From a virus: a stretch of DNA of 64,000 nt. Shown one piece after another: positions 28,423 through 38,198 of this stretch. The stretch is taken from positions 1 through 64,000 of IMG/VR virus record IMGVR_UViG_3300035034_001213. One strand, written 5' to 3'. The notes under the pieces are model-generated. The model did not search any database and was not told where the DNA came from. It worked only from the letters and a program-made list of their open reading frames with translations. Both the position numbers and the translations under genes were made by a program. Each line of letters starts with the position of its first letter. Within the stretch, counting starts at the first letter, position 1.

Positions 28423-29340
28423 ATGAAACCAAACGTGGATGTAAACTGGCTACTCTCAGACTCGTTCGAACATAAATACTTGAACGATGTATTGTCGGGT
28501 AGTGAATTTCCTCGAACGTGGGAGTCTAAGTTCTGGCGGGATGAAATCTTCAGGTTCGCCGTCAAAAACGGGAAGTTAACTGAGACTACCATTCCCGAAC
28601 AGAAAGACGAAACCAAGCGGATAAGGCGTTTCGGTGTGGTCAAACAGTCGGTGACACTTGTGGGGTCAGATTACCGAGCTAAAGACATTGATGTAAGGGG
28701 CCTCGATAATTGGAAGGTTATTCCAATCGGGATTAGTCACGTCAAGGCCTTGGTCGGGAATCGAAAGAAACTTCAACTCGGTTCAGTAATAGAGGCAACC
28801 AATAATCGCTGGGTTGCTCAAATCCATTTGCATCGCGGGATGTGGGAAAGGAAACATCTTGGGGATTATTACAGTCGGATGCTCGTGGAAGTCCTTAAAA
28901 CCGAGGGGACTTATCGGATCGGAGAGATTATTTTTGAAAAGCCCGCTGGACGAACCCACGGTCCAAGGTCTATTAGAATTGACCAAGCCGTTCACAAACC
29001 CGTTGTTGAACTGGTACTCAACACGCTGATCGTGGTGATTACGAATAAGCGTCCGCCGAGAGTGGTGAATGCCCGACTTCCTAAGGAGCCCGATAACCTA
29101 GGCTACTACGATGGAAAACCGGCTACGAATCTCTTCTCCGACTCTCTCAAAGGAATAAGAACGTGCGGCTATCGGGACCCAGACCCATTCGTCGAGAACC
29201 AAGACGCGCCGTGGCTTCTTCGTCTCAACCCATTCTTTGCTATCTTTGGGTGGAAGTTCTGGTGGGAGTATGAGTACGTCTCTGGCCGATTGACCAAATC
29301 AAAAACCCACTGGATGCGTGTTGATAACCCCCCAGAATAA
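28423..29340 (+). CDS. Hypothetical protein
   Basis: 305-aa ORF. Confidence 0.6.
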   Translation: MKPNVDVNWLLSDSFEHKYLNDVLSGSEFPRTWESKFWRDEIFRFAVKNGKLTETTIPEQKDETKRIRRFGVVKQSVTLVGSDYRAKDIDVRGLDNWKVIPIGISHVKALVGNRKKLQLGSVIEATNNRWVAQIHLHRGMWERKHLGDYYSRMLVEVLKTEGTYRIGEIIFEKPAGRTHGPRSIRIDQAVHKPVVELVLNTLIVVITNKRPPRVVNARLPKEPDNLGYYDGKPATNLFSDSLKGIRTCGYRDPDPFVENQDAPWLLRLNPFFAIFGWKFWWEYEYVSGRLTKSKTHWMRVDNPPE

Positions 29341-29712
29341 ATAAGGACGCAGCGGTATGAAAGACTATCAATCTCTATTGCGAACCTCCAATCGTTTGGT
29401 GGCCGATGCTAGACCCGCTGAATTTTGGACAGACGACTCGACGGCAGTTATCTCTGCTGAAGAAATGTCGATAGCAATACAATGCTTACCGGTGGACGTT
29501 GAGATCGGAACGCTTTAAGAACCACCCGAAGTACGGTGTTCACAAAGGTGTACTGGTCAGTCAGTCGTGGTGCGGTCCTAAGACCTACGTCCATCGCAAG
29601 AAGACATACCGTCTGTGGGAACCGCCTGAAATAGACGTAGGGTAACTGCGTCAGGATAACGAATCCTCTTATCAAACAGACAGCAATCACTTTAACCTAT
29701 AAAGGATCTTTT

Positions 29713-30168
29713 ATGTTTAAGCTTCAACTGTCTAAACACGATGTCACTCGCCGACTGTCATCTGAGACTCGAGATGAAGTTGAAAAGGTAGCCGAGCGTT
29801 TGAACGGCTTGCCCGAAGAGAATAATCTTTTCGACTTCACGTTGTATTCAGCGGATGGCGATAAAGGTGTCTTTGTGATATCGGGGGTGGTGGTCAACTT
29901 CAAGCACGACCAAAGTAAGAACCATATCCATCGAGACAATCGGTTCATCATCGACTGTCTACACCTCGAAGGTTCAGCTATGGATCTAGATGGGATGGAC
30001 GAATCCTTGGCTGAGTTTGTTCGTCTTTGGCACGAAGGTCGCAGTGTCTCCTACGAGAATCTCATCGGGTACTTTAAAGGTCTGGACGATCGTACGGTTG
30101 TGATTTTATCGACCGAAGCTGACGAACCGGACCGCGATCTGAAGGCACCTGACTTGGAACGCGTTTGA
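29713..30168 (+). CDS. Hypothetical protein
   Basis: AAGGA RBS. Confidence 0.6.
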   Translation: MFKLQLSKHDVTRRLSSETRDEVEKVAERLNGLPEENNLFDFTLYSADGDKGVFVISGVVVNFKHDQSKNHIHRDNRFIIDCLHLEGSAMDLDGMDESLAEFVRLWHEGRSVSYENLIGYFKGLDDRTVVILSTEADEPDRDLKAPDLERV

Positions 30169-30268
30169 GAAACGTACGACCCCCCACCCCAAAAAAAAAA
30201 TCAAAGCAGTAAATGAAGTAGGACCAACCCCGCAAGGACGCGATTCGATAACTAAGAGGAATGTCATT

Positions 30269-31180
30269 ATGACACAATTCAACCCCCCACGTCGTCAAGC
30301 GACTGAAACAATCGTCAGGGCACTTACGTCTTTAACCGAAGAGATTGCGATTGACCTCGTCAAAGCGATCGGTCTGGAGAAGCTGTCTGACACACCAATC
30401 AGCTATCCCCATCGTAAGTTCAGTAAGAACTATGTCGGTCTCCCTGAAAAGGTCAGACTCTTTACACGCGTCTTCCACGCCATTGGAGTAGAAGGTCGGA
30501 AGTCCCTTGATAAGGCATTTCGTTTTGAGGTTGTTTCCAACGACCCCACTTGTTGGTCAGTCGTTATTAAGAAGGTTGCCTCGTTTGATTCCGCCAAAAC
30601 AATCTGCGTAGCGATCCACGCCAAAGAGAATTCGGACACCAAGAAACCGATGATTGCGTTCGACGTCATGGCCGTAGACGACGAAGACGTACCATCGACC
30701 GAGGTTGCTAAGGCAGACCGTAAGAACCTGACCGTCGAACAACTGCGCCGAGCCTACACCGCGTATTTGAAATGGGGGGGCTGGCTACTGCCGCACGAAC
30801 CTACGATGGGTATGATCGGTCTACCCAATCGCATGCACGAGATGACCATCGTGTTGTCAGGATTAGGTACGGCTTCTCTGTCAGCGCTGATTGTGGAGTT
30901 GAATGCCCAAGTCATGGTTGAAGAATACGAGTTGATTCTAGGTGACGTTCCTGTGAAAGGCGAGAACGGCAGGGACGATGATGTAGAGTGGACGTTAACG
31001 CACTATCGTGCGATCGGCAGAAACTACTTCGACGTTCACTACGTACTGTGTCATCGGTCTGGTCCAAAAGAATTCACGCAGTTATCAGTACTAGAACGTA
31101 TGAATAGGTTCTCAGAGAACTGCCGACTTAGAGCAAACAAGTACGACAACGTCCTAACTCTGAATCGTCGATCCCAATAA
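30269..31180 (+). CDS. Hypothetical protein
   Basis: 303 aa, GAGGA RBS. Confidence 0.65.
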   Translation: MTQFNPPRRQATETIVRALTSLTEEIAIDLVKAIGLEKLSDTPISYPHRKFSKNYVGLPEKVRLFTRVFHAIGVEGRKSLDKAFRFEVVSNDPTCWSVVIKKVASFDSAKTICVAIHAKENSDTKKPMIAFDVMAVDDEDVPSTEVAKADRKNLTVEQLRRAYTAYLKWGGWLLPHEPTMGMIGLPNRMHEMTIVLSGLGTASLSALIVELNAQVMVEEYELILGDVPVKGENGRDDDVEWTLTHYRAIGRNYFDVHYVLCHRSGPKEFTQLSVLERMNRFSENCRLRANKYDNVLTLNRRSQ

Positions 31181-31190
31181 GGAGCTTCCT

Positions 31191-31568
31191 GTGATTGAAC
31201 ATCCATCATTAATGTTTGCCTATGAAGTGGTTGACCACATCGCCGAGTTGGACGATGAAGAACAAAGTGCTAAGGCCGATCTTTTGGTTGAGACGTTTCG
31301 TGATCACGAAATCAGTGGATTGATGGTCACTAACGTCATGACCAATAATCGAGTCACGATATCGATACGCGCGTCAGATCGACGACCTAAGATCGTCTAC
31401 GGTTCGGTGGCGCACTTCGATCCAGTTTCCGGCCGCGTTCTGGGCGGTGGTGTGACGGTGGTCTATCGACACAAAGACCCAGAGACCATTGCGTCTTTGT
31501 GTATGGACTTCTTGATCCGCAGTCGACCAGTGTGGATAATCGGACATAACGAAGAAGAAAGCGAATAA
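31191..31568 (+). CDS. Hypothetical protein
   Basis: AAGGAG RBS, GTG start. Confidence 0.6.
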   Translation: MIEHPSLMFAYEVVDHIAELDDEEQSAKADLLVETFRDHEISGLMVTNVMTNNRVTISIRASDRRPKIVYGSVAHFDPVSGRVLGGGVTVVYRHKDPETIASLCMDFLIRSRPVWIIGHNEEESE

Positions 31569-31569
31569 T

Positions 31570-31603
31570 GAGGAGGACCTTCGGGTCCTCCTTTTATTTT
31601 TTT
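31570..31603 (+). terminator. Terminator hairpin
   Basis: AGGAGGACC-TTCG-GGTCCTCCT plus T-run. Confidence 0.85.
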
Positions 31604-31719
31604 GTCTATAGACGACTATGGACCTCTGTGGATCTATACGGACATCTGTCGAAAATTAAAGGTTACAGACGAGAAAAATCCAATGAAAGCAACCAATCAT
31701 TACAGAAGGAATACCCCCA

Positions 31720-32178
31720 ATGAATACTAATGAGACGTGGAACATTGAGTGTCGTTCATACGGACGAGTAGCTATAGATCAACTCAAAACTAAACCTGAT
31801 CTCGATCCCAATACTGCACCGTTAGAAGAAATGCTGGCACACGCCATGGTGTTCAGTTACTTCACGTTTGCACTGATCGAAGAAATTCAGGATCTGTTGG
31901 TTAGACACCACACATTCAAGATGGGCCTGATTGACTTTGATCAGTCCGTTAAACTGGCTGCAACGATGTTGGGTCATGAACATCCGGAGTTTGGTCAATA
32001 CAGCATTCCGATGGCCGAGGACGCGCTAAGGGATAAGTTCGACCCAAGTACTCCGGCACCCATGGTTATGGCGATGGGATTTGGATTTGAACAAGACGAT
32101 GGTAGTTTTTTGGAAGGTCAGATGGACGCGGACGGTAACTACTCAGAGAGTGTCACAGATACTCCTACCAGACATTGA
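31720..32178 (+). CDS. Hypothetical protein
   Basis: AAGGA RBS; followed by a hairpin at 32187-32210. Confidence 0.6.
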   Translation: MNTNETWNIECRSYGRVAIDQLKTKPDLDPNTAPLEEMLAHAMVFSYFTFALIEEIQDLLVRHHTFKMGLIDFDQSVKLAATMLGHEHPEFGQYSIPMAEDALRDKFDPSTPAPMVMAMGFGFEQDDGSFLEGQMDADGNYSESVTDTPTRH

Positions 32179-32234
32179 TAGTACATAGAGGGGTTCGTCC
32201 CCTCTTTTTTGTTGATTCTACACAATCACAGACC

Positions 32235-32249
32235 TATATCACACAGGTG
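32235..32249 (+). promoter_or_regulatory. Putative phage promoter TATATCAY-N5-TG (copy 4)
   Basis: CAGACC-TATATCAC-ACAGG-TG after a terminator. Confidence 0.65.
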
Positions 32250-32277
32250 AAGTACACAACCTAACCTTTAAAGGAAC

Positions 32278-33840
32278 GTGATTATGAAAACTGTAAACAA
32301 CATTGCATCTGTATCTATCCTGGTTATGGCAATTGCAGGCTGCGGTGGAGGTGGAGGCGACAGTTCTAACGACACCACTACTCCAGTCTCACCAGATACC
32401 GGCGATACACCCACAACCACCAACGTCATGACTCCAACGTCTGAACTGAAAGGCGTTCAGACAGGCAGCTTTCAAGACGCGGCCGTTAAAGGTCTGACGT
32501 ATTGGACCGCTTCCAACGGTCTGGGTGTTACTGGCGACGCTGGTAGTTTCAGCTTTGTCCCAGGTGAAGTCATTGCGTTGTACATCGGTAACGAGCTGCT
32601 CATCCTCACGGACGCTGAGCTGTACTCTACGCCTATGGACACGTTGTCTGTACGTAGTATCACCGAACCGGGTGAAGGCCACCCACACCAGTCTCTGAAC
32701 GTTCTGAGGCTACTCCAGACCATCGACACCACTCCCGATCAAGATCTGATCGCTATTCCCGAAAGCTTTCACAACGATCGCAACGGTAATGTGGTTGGAC
32801 TGAACTTCGCTCAAGACACCGAAGCCTTCGCCAACTCGGCGGAAGTGGCGGCGATCTTGACTGAAGCGGGTAAGCAAGGCGAGCAACTGATCGATCGCAG
32901 TGTGGCGGCCGCGCACCTCAAAGCGACTCTGGAAGGTCTTGACAATAACGTCATCGATCTGCGGGGTACTTGGGTGGCGAACTCGTCTTACCTGGATCGC
33001 TTTGGTGAGACGCCCGAGTCTTCTTGTATGGAAGTGGGTCCAGCTACGTGGGTCGTGGGTGATAACGACGTGTTTCTGTACGGCGATGAGCTGAACAGCG
33101 ACAGCAACGGGTCCACCACTACCTGTAACGGTGAGGATTACGGTCAGGCCGACATCAGCGATTGGCCGGGTGTCAACAACGCGACCCGTGACGGCAACGC
33201 CGGTGTTGAGTGGTTGATTGCCGATAATGGTGCCCTGGACTTCAACTGTGGTCCGGAATGCACCTTAGCTGAGCTGCGCGGTACGATCGACGATTGGGAA
33301 GAGCGTTGCTTAGCCAACGATTTCTACACCTACAAGAACGAAGGTTCTATCATCGATCAAAGCGACACAGATTACTGTGCAGAAAGTGAGGACCACAACG
33401 GTCCAGTCGTAGGCTACTCTGAAATCACTTACGCCGATCGGCTGGGCGGTGATCGTATCCTGCGAGTCAAGCGTGACTTCTATGCCATCACCGCGCCTGC
33501 GTCTACCGCCGAGCGCGCTGACGACTTTGTCGAAAGTGGATTGGGGTTGGATATCATGAACCGTGAAGAGGCGCTGGCAGGGACGTTGGATCTGACTCAG
33601 GGTGAATGGGTTGAAAAGGTAATCTCCTCAACCGATACCCAAACGGTTGACGGTGGTACCTACGTCTTCCCGTTGGACAATGGCAACGTGGACTTGAAGT
33701 GTGCAGCAGGCTTTAACGCATGCACTTGGGAAGAACTGAACGACAGCTACAACGACGTCCAGTACATCCACGTCAGAGGCACTAACGTCATCAACTGGGT
33801 AGACGGCGACACAGTCGGTACGCTGACACGAGTCGAGTAA
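32278..33840 (+). CDS. Host-like secreted lipoprotein
   Basis: Signal peptide with lipobox IAG-C, GGGGG and T/P linker, VKGLTY...GVTGDAGSFSFVPGEVIALYIG domain resembling gammaproteobacterial surface lipoproteins; acidic, with multiple Cys. Confidence 0.75.
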   Translation: MIMKTVNNIASVSILVMAIAGCGGGGGDSSNDTTTPVSPDTGDTPTTTNVMTPTSELKGVQTGSFQDAAVKGLTYWTASNGLGVTGDAGSFSFVPGEVIALYIGNELLILTDAELYSTPMDTLSVRSITEPGEGHPHQSLNVLRLLQTIDTTPDQDLIAIPESFHNDRNGNVVGLNFAQDTEAFANSAEVAAILTEAGKQGEQLIDRSVAAAHLKATLEGLDNNVIDLRGTWVANSSYLDRFGETPESSCMEVGPATWVVGDNDVFLYGDELNSDSNGSTTTCNGEDYGQADISDWPGVNNATRDGNAGVEWLIADNGALDFNCGPECTLAELRGTIDDWEERCLANDFYTYKNEGSIIDQSDTDYCAESEDHNGPVVGYSEITYADRLGGDRILRVKRDFYAITAPASTAERADDFVESGLGLDIMNREEALAGTLDLTQGEWVEKVISSTDTQTVDGGTYVFPLDNGNVDLKCAAGFNACTWEELNDSYNDVQYIHVRGTNVINWVDGDTVGTLTRVE

Positions 33841-33847
33841 GTAGATT

Positions 33848-33880
33848 GAGGAGGGCAGAACACCGCCCTCCTTATTTTTT
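33848..33880 (+). terminator. Terminator hairpin
   Basis: AGGAGGGC...GCCCTCCT plus T-run. Confidence 0.75.
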
Positions 33881-33904
33881 GTTCACTCCATTAAAATACA
33901 AACC

Positions 33905-33919
33905 TATATCACAGTAATG
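33905..33919 (+). promoter_or_regulatory. Putative phage promoter TATATCAY-N5-TG (copy 5)
   Basis: CAAACC-TATATCAC-AGTAA-TG after a terminator. Confidence 0.65.
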
Positions 33920-33951
33920 CATTGAACATACAAACCTTTAGGAGAATACTC

Positions 33952-34215
33952 ATGGACCGTGAAATCAAAGCAATCAAGAACACCATCAGTTCAGTGAAGA
34001 AAATCAGCACGTCAACCGACCGTGCCTTAGAGCAACTCAAGATATTAGATTCTGAGATCCAAGCGCAAAGTCAGCGGATCTTTCAAGACTGGACCACGGG
34101 GGCCACCGATCAAGATGAGTACAATCGTCAGATGGACGAACTCGCCGATCGGCAGCGTCGGGAGGGTAATCTCATCGAAGAGACTTACCTTAAACTCACT
34201 CGCAACACCGGGTGA
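33952..34215 (+). CDS. Small coiled-coil protein
   Basis: AGGAG RBS before ATG 33952. Confidence 0.6.
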   Translation: MDREIKAIKNTISSVKKISTSTDRALEQLKILDSEIQAQSQRIFQDWTTGATDQDEYNRQMDELADRQRREGNLIEETYLKLTRNTG

Positions 34216-34568
34216 TCGACATGACTGTACCCAAGAAAAGACGACCTCGGTCTAAAGCCGAGTTCGTTCGCTTACTGTGGACAAGTCCCCAGGCCGAGTT
34301 TGACGACGACATACCCACGGCGTTGTCGTACCTGATCATCCCGAGGGATAAGTACCACACTCTAATCGTCTCTATGGACAGTGCTCTGGGCGATGTCACA
34401 ATCCCAGACTGGGTATGGTGGCCCTGTTACCTGACCGACAGAGACGAAGTTGAAAAGCTTGTGAACAAGTCTCAAGTTCAATACCTACCGATCGATGAAT
34501 TGAGAAACACCAGCCAGCGATATCTAGACAACCTGTACGACAACCCGAACGACACGCCGTTCACCTAA
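34212..34568 (+). CDS. Hypothetical protein
   Basis: Coupled ORF. Confidence 0.55.
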   Translation: MIDMTVPKKRRPRSKAEFVRLLWTSPQAEFDDDIPTALSYLIIPRDKYHTLIVSMDSALGDVTIPDWVWWPCYLTDRDEVEKLVNKSQVQYLPIDELRNTSQRYLDNLYDNPNDTPFT

Positions 34569-34585
34569 CCTTTAGGAGTACTACT

Positions 34586-34753
34586 ATGAATTTCTTTCAA
34601 TCCGTATCTGCAAACGATATCAGTTGGATGGTTATAGTCTTTTTGATTTGGGCCGCTGTCGATTTCGCCATCGTTAAACGCGTCGATAAGAAAAAGACTA
34701 AGCAAGTTGAAGCCAAGCGTTTTGAAAACCGTAAACCCACAATTCTTTACTAA
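34586..34753 (+). CDS. 55-aa single-pass membrane protein
   Basis: Not in the ORF track: MNFFQSVSANDISWMVIVFLIWAAVDFAIVKRVDKKK...; AGGAG RBS. Confidence 0.6.
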   Translation: MNFFQSVSANDISWMVIVFLIWAAVDFAIVKRVDKKKTKQVEAKRFENRKPTILY

Positions 34754-34763
34754 GGAACGCACC

Positions 34764-35180
34764 ATGAGTCAACCGCAGTACTTCGCCTACGGGGTCAGTG
34801 GCTACATCGACTCGAACGGACTCTCGTTTACCCCTAAGGTAACCGCGTCTACGGATCTGAATGTCATTCTGGAAAGAGCTACACCGGTCTTGACCGACAT
34901 ACTTGACGAAGTTACAGGGGAGGATCATGACGAAGACCACATCAAGTCTATGATTCTAGGTCACCTATTGGGGATGGAGTTGATGGACCCTGTAGAGTTG
35001 TTCAGTGAGATGAACACCGACGGGCAGTACGACGGTGCCCCAAAGTTCTATGTCGCCATTGGCATGGACGAAGCAGATCTGGAAGATCTCTTGATCGGAA
35101 TGGTTGGTGACCCCGACGACGATGAAGAGGACTATCTGGAAGAAGAAGACGAAGAACCTGAAGACGACACCGAGCTGTAA
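34764..35180 (+). CDS. Highly acidic protein
   Basis: AAGGA RBS; D/E-rich throughout, with a DDDEEDYLEEEDEE tail. Confidence 0.6.
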   Translation: MSQPQYFAYGVSGYIDSNGLSFTPKVTASTDLNVILERATPVLTDILDEVTGEDHDEDHIKSMILGHLLGMELMDPVELFSEMNTDGQYDGAPKFYVAIGMDEADLEDLLIGMVGDPDDDEEDYLEEEDEEPEDDTEL

Positions 35181-35247
35181 CCCAAAGCGATGAGACCAGT
35201 CGGTCTTGTCGTTTATTCTGATTTAAAACTTTAGAAGGAAACGTGTA

Positions 35248-36408
35248 ATGACTAGAACAACTACGATTATCGTCCACCCAGGAGAACAGTACCTGTCATC
35301 GTCGTGTGTGGATTCGGCAGATGAGTTGGCTCAGAAGCTTTTGGACCATCCGTTTACCGATCTCAGAACCATCAATAGCGAAGAGAGGCGTGCCTTGATG
35401 GATGTTTATCACATGACGCCTTTAGACTTCCGCGACTACTACGCGGGTAAAAGCAAATATAAGGTAAGTTACGTCGAATCGGTTATCGAGTTCAGTAAAG
35501 ACAGCAAATCAGTTGACTTGTTAAAGCTTGCTGGACTCGACGGTCGCGGTAAGGTCGTCAATGTTTCGATATCAGGACAGATAGCTCTGGTACAGACCGG
35601 AGGACACGTCAACGATCTTAATCTAATCCAACACAGCGACGACCTGGATGTGGTGTCTTTTTCCACGAGTTGGAATGACGTCGTCATTAACTGTAAACAG
35701 GTAGGCAACAAATTGATTGTAAAGCCGCTCACCAATTATTTAGCCGTAAATCCTTGGGAGCTCAAAACAACAGTGATACTCCATTGTATCATTCCAGAAT
35801 CCTCAGAACCTGCACACAAGGAGATTAAAACAGTGAAACCTGAGAGTTTGAAAAAGTCTTCAATTCAGCGGGCCCAGGAAAACCACACCTGGCAAGAAGA
35901 GATCACCTACCCAGTCCACCGCATGGGACTGAGAGTCGGCGATACACTGTTTGCCATTGAAGGCGAACCAGACGTGGGTCAGTTGAGAGAAGAGTGGTTT
36001 GGCCGTCATGACACCCGCACGACTCAACTGAAGGTTTGTTACTTGACGCCTGAGTTGGCGGTACTTCGTCAGAATGAACTGATCGAGGTGGCTAACAGCT
36101 TCGTTGGTCGAGTGACTTACACCACTACCGTTAAGAACGGTACCTACTACGCGTTGGTAGTGAATGAAGGCGATCCGATGGATCTGATCATGCAGTTGGA
36201 CACCGGTTTCTGGAAGACGCGTAAGGTTGCTCACCCTACGGTGATCGAACGTTGGCAGGACGCTGACATTGTGGAAGTCGTTGACTGGACGCGCGCGCTG
36301 TTGCTTCAGGCCAACTGGAGGATGGCTACGGAAGTTAAAACCAAATCAAAGGCTAAGGCGACCGTCACCTGGCAGAAACCGCCAAAGAAAGAAAGTGCTG
36401 CTAAGTAA
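35248..36408 (+). CDS. Hypothetical protein
   Basis: 386 aa; a possible internal start (AGGAG...GTG near 35833) suggests two domains. Confidence 0.6.
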   Translation: MTRTTTIIVHPGEQYLSSSCVDSADELAQKLLDHPFTDLRTINSEERRALMDVYHMTPLDFRDYYAGKSKYKVSYVESVIEFSKDSKSVDLLKLAGLDGRGKVVNVSISGQIALVQTGGHVNDLNLIQHSDDLDVVSFSTSWNDVVINCKQVGNKLIVKPLTNYLAVNPWELKTTVILHCIIPESSEPAHKEIKTVKPESLKKSSIQRAQENHTWQEEITYPVHRMGLRVGDTLFAIEGEPDVGQLREEWFGRHDTRTTQLKVCYLTPELAVLRQNELIEVANSFVGRVTYTTTVKNGTYYALVVNEGDPMDLIMQLDTGFWKTRKVAHPTVIERWQDADIVEVVDWTRALLLQANWRMATEVKTKSKAKATVTWQKPPKKESAAK

Positions 36409-36571
36409 ATAGGATGGGTGCAGGTTTGTTATTTTGTACAGGCCTGTACCATCTATTGACCTTAAACGGCGGCTTCTGGAGTGATCCAGCGGTGAGACAT
36501 CTGAGCTCACCGAATACCCAGACTTTATGCTGTTTTGATTTTTTATTGCAACCTTTATAAGGATACTGATC

Positions 36572-37672
36572 ATGAGATCAACTGGAATGGTAGTCGATTT
36601 AAATGAAGCTGTGTTCACGCGGGCCTTGGACGTCCCGGCTTCGGTCATGGACCTTGTCACCACCACAGATTCAATCCATAGGGTGATAAAACGACACAAT
36701 CTCAACTCCAAAACGTTCTACCGTGAGTTTTATAGCGTCTTTGGTGTGACCGTCTCTTCCTTTAGACACTTGGCGGGAGGAATGTTTATACCTAAGAAGT
36801 CAAGAGAGGTGCGGTACCTTGAGGTATGCTTACCAACGCAAACGGTTACGACTGATCAACGTTTTGACTTCTCGGCTAGGTTACCTAGCGATCACCTGGA
36901 AAAGATTCAAGGCGCTTGTCGAATCTTAGGTACACGGCTCGCTGAGGTGGAAGTTACTACGCCTACGGGAAAAGTTTATCGGGAGTCAAACATAGAGTTG
37001 GACGTGAAAGGTACCAGTAAATTTCATCTAGAATCCGAGTGTATTACTGTATCTCTCGATCAAGGTAAAATCGCAATCGCCAATCTCGAGCCAGGCACGA
37101 CAACGTTCTTTAATGAAGACGACGTTCAACTGTCCGGTTGGGCGAGCGGAATCGATCATTGTCCAACCCAAGCAGGGTTCCTGGTTTGCGTAAAGATCAA
37201 AATCCCATATATCACCGGGGAAACGTGTCAGGGAGTTGACGGGCGGTGGAGGTCCTTGGAAGGACCAATTTGGACGTTTGTCGAAGACCTTGTTTCACAT
37301 CCGATTCAATCGGTCACAAATAAGACCGTAGAAGATGAGTCGAGTAAAGAAGAAGTTCCTGACGAGTACTTCGTCACGGTCAATCCGGTGTCTCACAATG
37401 GAGGACTGTCTCCATTGGAGCCTGGATTTTCTGTGTTGGTGGTGATGAACAATCAGTTCCGCTTCTTAGCGCATATGTCAGCGAAAAATAGCGATGCGCC
37501 TTACAAAACCGTGAAAGAACTGATGATGTCAAAACACGGACCTTGGTTTAAGGCTCAGGTGCGTGAAATTCTTGAACGGTACGTTGATGGTGAAATGACG
37601 TTGGTCTTTGGATTCCCGTTAGAATCTATTACACCGCCCAACTTGCAATGGCGTCCAAGCCCGAGGGCATAG
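36572..37672 (+). CDS. Protein with N-terminal AraC-like HTH
   Basis: SIHRVIKRHNLNSKTFYREFYSVFGVTVSSFR. Confidence 0.55.
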   Translation: MRSTGMVVDLNEAVFTRALDVPASVMDLVTTTDSIHRVIKRHNLNSKTFYREFYSVFGVTVSSFRHLAGGMFIPKKSREVRYLEVCLPTQTVTTDQRFDFSARLPSDHLEKIQGACRILGTRLAEVEVTTPTGKVYRESNIELDVKGTSKFHLESECITVSLDQGKIAIANLEPGTTTFFNEDDVQLSGWASGIDHCPTQAGFLVCVKIKIPYITGETCQGVDGRWRSLEGPIWTFVEDLVSHPIQSVTNKTVEDESSKEEVPDEYFVTVNPVSHNGGLSPLEPGFSVLVVMNNQFRFLAHMSAKNSDAPYKTVKELMMSKHGPWFKAQVREILERYVDGEMTLVFGFPLESITPPNLQWRPSPRA

Positions 37673-37680
37673 CGTCGACT

Positions 37681-37706
37681 GGGGAGCATAATGCTCCCCT
37701 TTTTTT
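37681..37706 (+). terminator. Terminator hairpin
   Basis: GGGGAGCAT-A-ATGCTCCCC plus T-run. Confidence 0.75.
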
Positions 37707-37724
37707 ATTCTCTGAGGAACCTTT

Positions 37725-38189
37725 ATGTTTAATCCAGAATATGCAGACGCGATTGTCGAGAACATGCCAGTCACCATGTTGCGATGTTGGGGATTGGTGT
37801 TGTCTGACTACCCTAACGTTCTTAAACAGACGGTGGAGACCATGGCAACCGAAGACCCACGAATTGTCACTCGCTACACTGAACAGGTAGACATCAAAGA
37901 CGCTGCGCTTTTGGTGGAGCTCCAGATCGACGTCTTAGAACCTGAGATGGCCGAAGTAACGGGGCCAGAGATTGCTGTAGTACCCAAAGGCCATTGGATC
38001 GGTAAACGAGAGTGGACCGTTCACGACGTGACGTTAAGTACCTCTAGCGACGACGGACGTGGGGAGATCACTTGCGATGTGGTCATTACCTATAACGATT
38101 ATCTTGCAAGAGATTGTGAGACCTACGAAGACACTGACAACCTCAAATACGAGCGATCTGCTCAGGTGGTGTTCTACGTAAAAGCCTAG
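37725..38189 (+). CDS. Hypothetical protein
   Basis: GAGGA RBS. Confidence 0.6.
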   Translation: MFNPEYADAIVENMPVTMLRCWGLVLSDYPNVLKQTVETMATEDPRIVTRYTEQVDIKDAALLVELQIDVLEPEMAEVTGPEIAVVPKGHWIGKREWTVHDVTLSTSSDDGRGEITCDVVITYNDYLARDCETYEDTDNLKYERSAQVVFYVKA

Positions 38190-38198
38190 GAGTTTGAT

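Noticed and set aside
30180-30200. C-run and A10 homopolymer as a phase-variation or frameshift site
   Set aside because: Intergenic, and the flanking genes are complete with their own RBS.
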